Made by a program: the position numbers and the translations under genes. From Octopus vulgaris (taxonomy: Eukaryota), in assembly GCA_951406725.2 (NCBI GenBank), contig OX597833.1, positions 49,724,001-49,788,000 on the forward strand: a stretch of 64,000 nt of DNA, in the 5' to 3' direction. A model generated the notes under the pieces. The model made no database searches. It was not told the DNA's origin and saw only the letters and a list, made by a program, of their open reading frames with translations. The number at the start of each line of letters is the position of its first letter. Within the stretch, counting starts at the first letter, position 1. Positions 56,940-64,000 of the stretch are shown piece by piece.

Positions 56940-57021
56940 CGTCGCCGATAGGATTCGAACCTATGCGGGGAGACCCCAATGGATTTCTAGTCCATCGCCT
57001 TAACCACTCGGCCACGACGAC
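56940..57021 (-). tRNA. tRNA-Ser(AGA): tRNA-Ser (anticodon AGA), 82 nt
   Basis: GTCGTCG TGGCCGAGTGGTTAAGGCG ATGGA CTAGAAA TCCAT T GGGG TCT CCCC GC ATAGG TTCGAAT CCTAT CGGCGAC G. All stems pair, with a long variable arm and G discriminator. Confidence 0.92.
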
Positions 57022-57627
57022 TGCCTATGTATGTATTTATTTTATTTTTCCCAAATATACTTCGAGATACAAATAAATATTATGGTACTGGTATATGTGA
57101 TGTATGATTCTGAATTCGAACAACCCGTTTGTTGCTCGGATACAACTGCTGCCGATTTGTCCAACTTACATCACTGTTATCTTATTGCTGATTAGCTTGC
57201 GGCAGCTATTATCTTTTGTGCTTAGTGCTAGGGAGATTTTTTCAACAAATATCCTTGCGTTTAGGCGAGCGAGTTGAGTTAACATCATCGTATTTCTTTT
57301 CTGGGTCACTGCCGTACATATACTGATTTTTCTTTGTTTCATCTCACTTTTAGGGTGTCACAATACAATGGTACTGCTTAGTAAATATTATCTTAGGGTT
57401 CTATTAAGATAATGATTTCTTGTAATTAGGGTCAATGCAGTACGTAATACAACAACGCATGGAAACTGGACAAGTGTGATAGACATGTGCAAAAGCTAGG
57501 CACGTTCCGATACATATATATAAATATGAGTTACCCTCAAGGTGTTTGTTCATCTAATGAACGCAGAAAAGACAAAATCAAGTCTCGGGGAAAAGAATTT
57601 AGATAAACTACATACATATTTGTATAG

Positions 57628-57865
57628 GTTACGGGGATGTAAACACACAAGCATCGGTTGTCAAGCGATGGTGGGGGGACAAACATAGACACACAAACAT
57701 ATACACGTATATATACATATGCATATACATATACAAGAAGCTTCTTTCAGTTTCCGTCTACCAAATCCACTCACAAGGCTTTGGTCGGCCCGAGGCTATA
57801 GGTGCCACGTAGTGGAACGGAATCCGGAACCATATGATTGGTAAGCAAGCTACTTACCACAAAGC
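57628..57865 (-). mobile_element. SINE family A, partial
   Basis: Reverse-strand 5' two-thirds with an internal deletion. Confidence 0.85.
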
Positions 57866-58650
57866 TACGTGTGTATGTATATATATAAATATACATATAT
57901 ATACGTATATGTATGTATATATATATGTATATATACATATATATATGCATACATAGATACATACATAAATATAAGTACGTAAACATATACCTACACAATA
58001 CACACATGTATACATATATACATATATGTATATATATACATATATATACTATGTGCTCATACTTAAAAATGTTGCGTAAATGCTTGCATAATAAGAGCCT
58101 GTCAGTATAAAAGTACTTACAAAAAGGCTATTTACAAATAATTCCTGTTATTAAGTCAGTTATTGCCTTTCAGTATCCGAGCTCAACAATTCGTCTAGTA
58201 TCATTCCTGCTGGAAACCACCACACCTTTCGCATCCTTTCGGGTTCTAATAAAAACTTTTCTCGCCCTTTCTAGAGCAAAGGGTCTCCATCTCACTTTTC
58301 TTTTCACAATTTATTATCTCCTAATCTCACATATGAGAAGAGATTCACATAAATACATGCTTGACATCACAAGCTGCTCTCACCTCTCGCGTCAGATTAA
58401 ACAAATTTGAAATCATAATCTAAAATAAAATAGTAATAAAAATTTTCTCTCTCTTCTTTTTTTCTTTTCGTCAGCTTTTTGCTGTAACATTCTCTACTTG
58501 TTTGCTATTCTTCTACATTCTTGCTTTACACTCATACACTCACATACATGCATACAATCGCAGCCCCATATATATATATATATATATATTTATTTATATA
58601 TACACACATATATATGTATATATAAATATATAAATATATATATTTATATA

Positions 58651-58720
<70 letters not shown>

Positions 58721-59307
58721 TATAAATATATATACATATATATATATATATTTATAAATATACACACACACACACATATATATATATATTATATATATAT
58801 ATATATATATACACGTGTAAGTGTGTGTGTGTCTGGTTATGTATGTATATTTGTGTATAAATGTGTGTGCGTGTGTACGTGCGTTTGAGTGTGCATACAT
58901 ATATATATGTTTACGAGTGTCTATGTAGTGTGTACGATCATGTATAAATCTGTATAAGTCTGTAGTCTTGTATAGTGTTATCCAATCACACTGCACTATT
59001 TATTATGGGTTTTATATGTGACTTATATAGAATTTAAGTGACAGTATTTTTTTAATATATATATGAAGAAAAAAAAAAAAGAAAACCCTATGACGAACTG
59101 TTTACGACTTGTAGATGGACTGATTGATCGATCATTGTGCATTGGATTCGGATCAACACCACTAATTTCACGTGTTACGCTTCACTGAATCGTACCTAGG
59201 AATCTTCATCAGCATTTCAAAATACCACACCTAAAACCACAATATGACAACAAATGTACTATTACGGTTACAACTACTATTAATAGTGCTTCCGTTACAA
59301 CTCTACA

Positions 59308-59349
<42 letters not shown>

Positions 59350-59437
59350 TATAATAATAATGATGATGATGATGATGATGATGATGATAATAATAATAAT
59401 AAAAATAATAATAATAATAATGAGGAGCATAATGATG

Positions 59438-59534
<97 letters not shown>

Positions 59535-59644
59535 TAATAATAATAATAATAATAATAATGATAATAATAATGATAATAATAATAATAATAATAATAATAA
59601 TTACTATTATTGATATTATTATTATTATTGTTGTTGTTCTTGTT

Positions 59645-60225
59645 GTTTTACTTCTCAGAGCGCTCGGTTTTGTTTTTCTCTTGTTGATTCTTTGAGAGCA
59701 GACAGCAGCCTGTTGTCAGAGGTCTCACAGCATCTCTTTCAGCAAATTTTAAGTATTGATAATTGGATGTTAATTATCGCGGAAGCCATTCAACACCCGG
59801 GTACCAATCTCAAAATTCTAGATGCGCTCAACAGAGCAGTTTTGGCGGGTTTGCTCTGCTCTCATGTCAATTCCAATTTCTCTGACATATTTCTCGAACT
59901 TGGTTGTTAGTACTCCGAGTGCCCCTACAACTACTAGGATGACAGACTCTCTCCTCATAGCTCGTACTCTTGAAATTTCGTATTTTAGTAGTATGTACTT
60001 TTCCATTTTTTCTAGTTCTTTGTTACTTATGCATGCATAAGTAACATATCTATCATCTTGCGTTCCGCCTTTTTTTTTATTTATTTTTTTTTTTTTTATT
60101 TAATCTACTACAACAATGTCTGGTCTCCGAACATCGGTTAGGGAGTCACACTGGATTCTAAAATCCCACATTATCTTATAGTCATTGTTCTCGGTAGTTC
60201 CTTCTGGTCTCTGTACAGACCGTAC
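59645..60225 (-). mobile_element. Decayed Dong/R4 3' fragment (RLE domain)
   Basis: KIMWDFRIQCDSLTDVRRPDIVV...MEKYILLKYEISRV...VVVGALGVLT; flanked by TAA/CAA tracts. Confidence 0.85.
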
Positions 60226-60276
60226 TGCTTACATAGTCTCCTTACTAATATTATTGTTGTTGTTGTTGTTGTTGCC

Positions 60277-60435
60277 TTTGCACAGCTTCTAACACTGGAT
60301 TTGTACTGCGGTGTCAGCTGTTCCCTACCAGTGAACTAAGGTACCACCTCTTATTTTTGGAGCACCTTCCGCAGTATTCGAGCGGTTCCAAGCAGTGCTG
60401 TTTTATGCAAGTGCTCCACCCTTATTGCAGCCCCT

Positions 60436-60438
<3 letters not shown>
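60277..60438 (-). mobile_element. Dong/R4 extreme 3' end
   Basis: IGAAIRVEHLHKTALLGTARILRKVLQK* plus a short 3' UTR between CAA/TAA tracts. Confidence 0.8.
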
Positions 60439-60520
<82 letters not shown>

Positions 60521-60526
60521 TTTATC

Positions 60527-60559
<33 letters not shown>

Positions 60560-60578
60560 GTTATTGTTGTTGTTGTTG

Positions 60579-60630
<52 letters not shown>

Positions 60631-60757
60631 CACCACAGGTTTTGTTGGAGCTCCTACAGGTATGCATGCGTCGCGGGCTTACTACCTGCCGCCTACGGTA
60701 CCATGCTATTCGCTCTTTTCAGTTATCTAATACTTTCTTGATTGTTTTGGTTGTGCC
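60631..60757 (-). mobile_element. Dong/R4 extreme 3' end (a further family)
   Basis: GTTKTIKKVLDN* then a ~90-bp UTR running into (TAA)n. Confidence 0.55.
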
Positions 60758-61074
60758 ACGTGAGTAGGCTTCGTTTGAGAGACACGCCTTTCCGCAGCTC
60801 GTCTCCTTTGGCGGAGCTGCAGTCTTGGGTAAAAGATAGGCCGAGACTGGGCGCCTAGCACTCACTGTCGTCAGGTGCTCGCTGTCCTCTACAAGTCGGG
60901 CAACAGGATCGCTGGATGTTTCACTTTAGATATCTACAGAAGACTAGTAGCGGGGAAAAGCGACGACGTCCTCGGGGAGACCCTAGGCATTGACGAAGAC
61001 GAACTGGTAAGTCGACTGCACTCACAAACGAGAATACTGAAAATGAACCCCACCGCTCTCAAAAATTAAGTAAA

Positions 61075-61269
61075 AAAACAGTAAAAATAATCCAGAATCC
61101 TTGTCTGGTACCAGATCGATCCCCAAATCTAATCAGTTCCTGCCAGTCACGAGACCAAACATCCCTGAAAGTTTCAACCGAATCCATCCAGTGGTTCTTG
61201 AGATATCTTGTCCACGGACAAACAAACAAACACGACTGAAAACAATACCTCCACCTTCGCTAAGGCGGA

Positions 61270-61273
<4 letters not shown>
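61075..61273. mobile_element. DINE-1/HINE-like element end
   Basis: aaatctaatcagttc...aagtttcaaccgaatccatcc...(acaa)n followed by the hairpin tacctccacctt-cgct-aaggcggaggta. Confidence 0.5.
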
Positions 61274-61357
<84 letters not shown>

Positions 61358-62085
61358 CTAGTCAGTATCGAAGAATTGACTAAAATAGAAAGTGAAGAGG
61401 TCTTAGAGAATGGAGTGCAAGAGATAAATGTATTCAGCGTCCAACAGCCGACAGTTTTTTGACGTTATACGATAAAACTATAACCAAAAAACAACAACAA
61501 CAAAACATATAAAAAGGAAGGTCAAACGGACACCTAGAGAACCCACAACATTGATTGCAATTAAACCACATGACAAGCTTAATTCGTGACACATTCCCAA
61601 TAAATATGATACGTGAGATCAATCGGACCGTAAATATTGATTTCATATTTGTTAATATATGTATAAATATATATAGCTTTTTTTTATTTATTATTTGTTT
61701 GTTTTTTTTCTCTTTTCATTTTTACCATGTGCCTGACTCGCTCACTCCGATTCAGTGCGTTCCTGATCTTTCTGACATTTTTGTTTTTTGCTATATTTAA
61801 TTCCCTTTCCATTCGATATTTAATTCTTTCTTTCCATTCTATATTGAATTCTCTCTTTCCTTTCGCCATATTTATCAATTTATCTTCTTTCTCTCTCTCT
61901 CTCTACACCTTCTTTTAATTATATTCAATATTTCGTTACTACAGCCATAATCATTAGAAAGCTATTGCTTTCGTTGGTTATCGCTGTAAAACTGGTCAAA
62001 GATGACAAAACATATCCAATGTTAACTATCTTTAATACGTTATAACATCTCGCACTTTTAACTACACTGCGAACACAAGCATGCA

Positions 62086-62179
<94 letters not shown>

Positions 62180-62199
62180 GCTAGCTAGCTAGCTAGCTG

Positions 62200-62263
<64 letters not shown>

Positions 62264-62279
62264 GCTAGCTAGCTAGCTG

Positions 62280-62352
<73 letters not shown>

Positions 62353-62706
62353 GTCTATCTGCGTCTATGTCTATGTCTGTCTGTCTGTCTGTATGTATGT
62401 ATGTATGTATGTATGTATGTATGTATGTATGTAGTTGTTGTTGTTAAGCAACAAGACGGGTAAGGGTGATTAGGTGATGGTCTAGCGCTTAGGGGCGGGA
62501 GACACTAGACCCTAAAAAAAAAAAATTTTGGTCGTCTTGTTGTAGTCGAGGGCTCTTCGTTGACGCCTGACACCACTAGGAGGTGGCCCGCTGGAAATGG
62601 AGATCTCCAGGTCCAAATTCTTGAACGTCTGTCTGCATGTATGTATGTATGTATGTATGTATGTATGTAGGCATGTATGTATGTATGTATATATGTTCGT
62701 ATGTAT

Positions 62707-62846
62707 TAAGTAGCTTGCTTACCAACCACATAGTTCCGGGTTCAGTCCCACTGCGTTGCACCTTGGGCAAGTGTCTTCTACTATAGCCTCTGACCCACCA
62801 AAGCCTTGTGAGTGGATATGGTAGGCGGAAACTGAAAGAAGCACGT
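62707..62846 (+). mobile_element. SINE family A 5' fragment
   Basis: taagtagcttgcttaccaaccac...aaactgaaagaagc. Confidence 0.85.
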
Positions 62847-62949
62847 AACGAACGTGTGCAGTGCAGAAACATATGTTGTGATGCACTGTTTAAGCCTATG
62901 AGACTCTATCCGCAAGTTATGATTGCTAATATATATATATATGTGTGTG

Positions 62950-63000
<51 letters not shown>

Positions 63001-63239
63001 AGATATATACACACACCCGCACACACACACATGTATTTATAGAAGAAGAAGAAGGATGAGGAGGAGAAGAAAAAGAAAAAGAAAGAAGAATAAGAAGACG
63101 AAGAAGAAGAAGAGGAAGAAGAAGAAGGAGAAGGAGAAGGAGGAGGAGGAGGAGAAGGATAAGAAAAAGAAAGAAGAAGAAGAAGAAGAAGAAGAAGAAG
63201 AAGAAGAAGAAGAAGAAGAAGAAGAAGAAGAAGAAGAAG

Positions 63240-63295
<56 letters not shown>

Positions 63296-64000
63296 GAAGA
63301 CCATTAAGACTGCCGGTAGAACAACCAATCGCGTATGTTTTGTTAGACTATTCTTTGTTAACTTAACAACCTAACATTTTTTCATTAATTTTGCTAAATA
63401 TATTTGTTGAACAATAAGCAAGATATATAACAAACCAGTTTTGAATAGCAATTTATTTCTAAACTCCTGATTAAAAATTTTATCTTTCTACACATAAAAA
63501 CTACAAAGATATCATGGATGAAGGTTTCTATGAATTGTGCTTTCCCGTCATAATGATGTTGCATTGCCGTTAGTTTTGCCGATGAAGCTTCTTGTCTTTT
63601 CCGATTTAAAAACATCCTGTTAGACCGGGGACAAAGCATCTATCTATTTCACGATAGTAATGCTGTACACACCTGTTACTAATCCATCTAAAATTGTCAT
63701 CATTTACACGGACTGAATCTACAGGCATCTGTGTACTTCCTGTTAGCTATTGATATTTATGGCTACCATACACTGGAATGACGGTCAACATTGTTTACGT
63801 AGGTAAATATTCTGTAAAGTGATCTAGGTTATATTACAATTGATCTCTATCCAAGCGACATCTGGCTGTTTATAATAGCATTGTGTTAATTTCATCTTCA
63901 AACAAATCCATTATCTTCCTATTCTTTGTTCCTTGGTCGAAATGCCAGATAAGTTTTCACTCAAGTAAAGTAGTGTTCGGTCAATAAATACGATGTGTTT

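Noticed and set aside
63320-64000. Non-repetitive terminal segment with short ORFs
   Set aside because: No recognisable motif or sustained frame, and it is truncated by the window end.

Overview
This is eukaryotic, AT-rich, gene-poor DNA dominated by microsatellites ((TA)n, (TAA)n, (GATA)n, (CATA)n, (GAA)n, (CA)n) and interspersed repeats. The SINE families resemble those I recall from octopus/coleoid cephalopod genomes (inference). Almost all listed ORFs are translated microsatellites or SINEs. Supported content: about 20 copies or fragments of one tRNA-headed SINE (family A) plus three other SINE families; several Dong/R4-type RLE retrotransposon fragments sitting in (TAA)n; CR1-, RTE- and Penelope-type remnants; maT/mariner (DD37D), Chapaev-3-like and hAT transposase relics; hAT and Tigger-type MITEs; three non-autonomous Helitrons; a 63-bp 28S rRNA fragment; and one structurally intact tRNA-Ser(AGA). 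Four observations stand out. (1) The tRNA-Ser is followed about 20 nt downstream by a covarying retroposon 3' tail, then a polypurine tract and a possible LTR. (2) Several Penelope-type hammerhead ribozymes lie in islands between TA-rich microsatellites, one with a ~93-nt helix II and one with a paralogous empty site. (3) Divergent Dong/R4 3' ends are stacked in (TAA)n tracts. (4) One non-repetitive 71-aa ORF has a strong Kozak context and a predicted transmembrane segment. No host protein-coding gene can be called with confidence.
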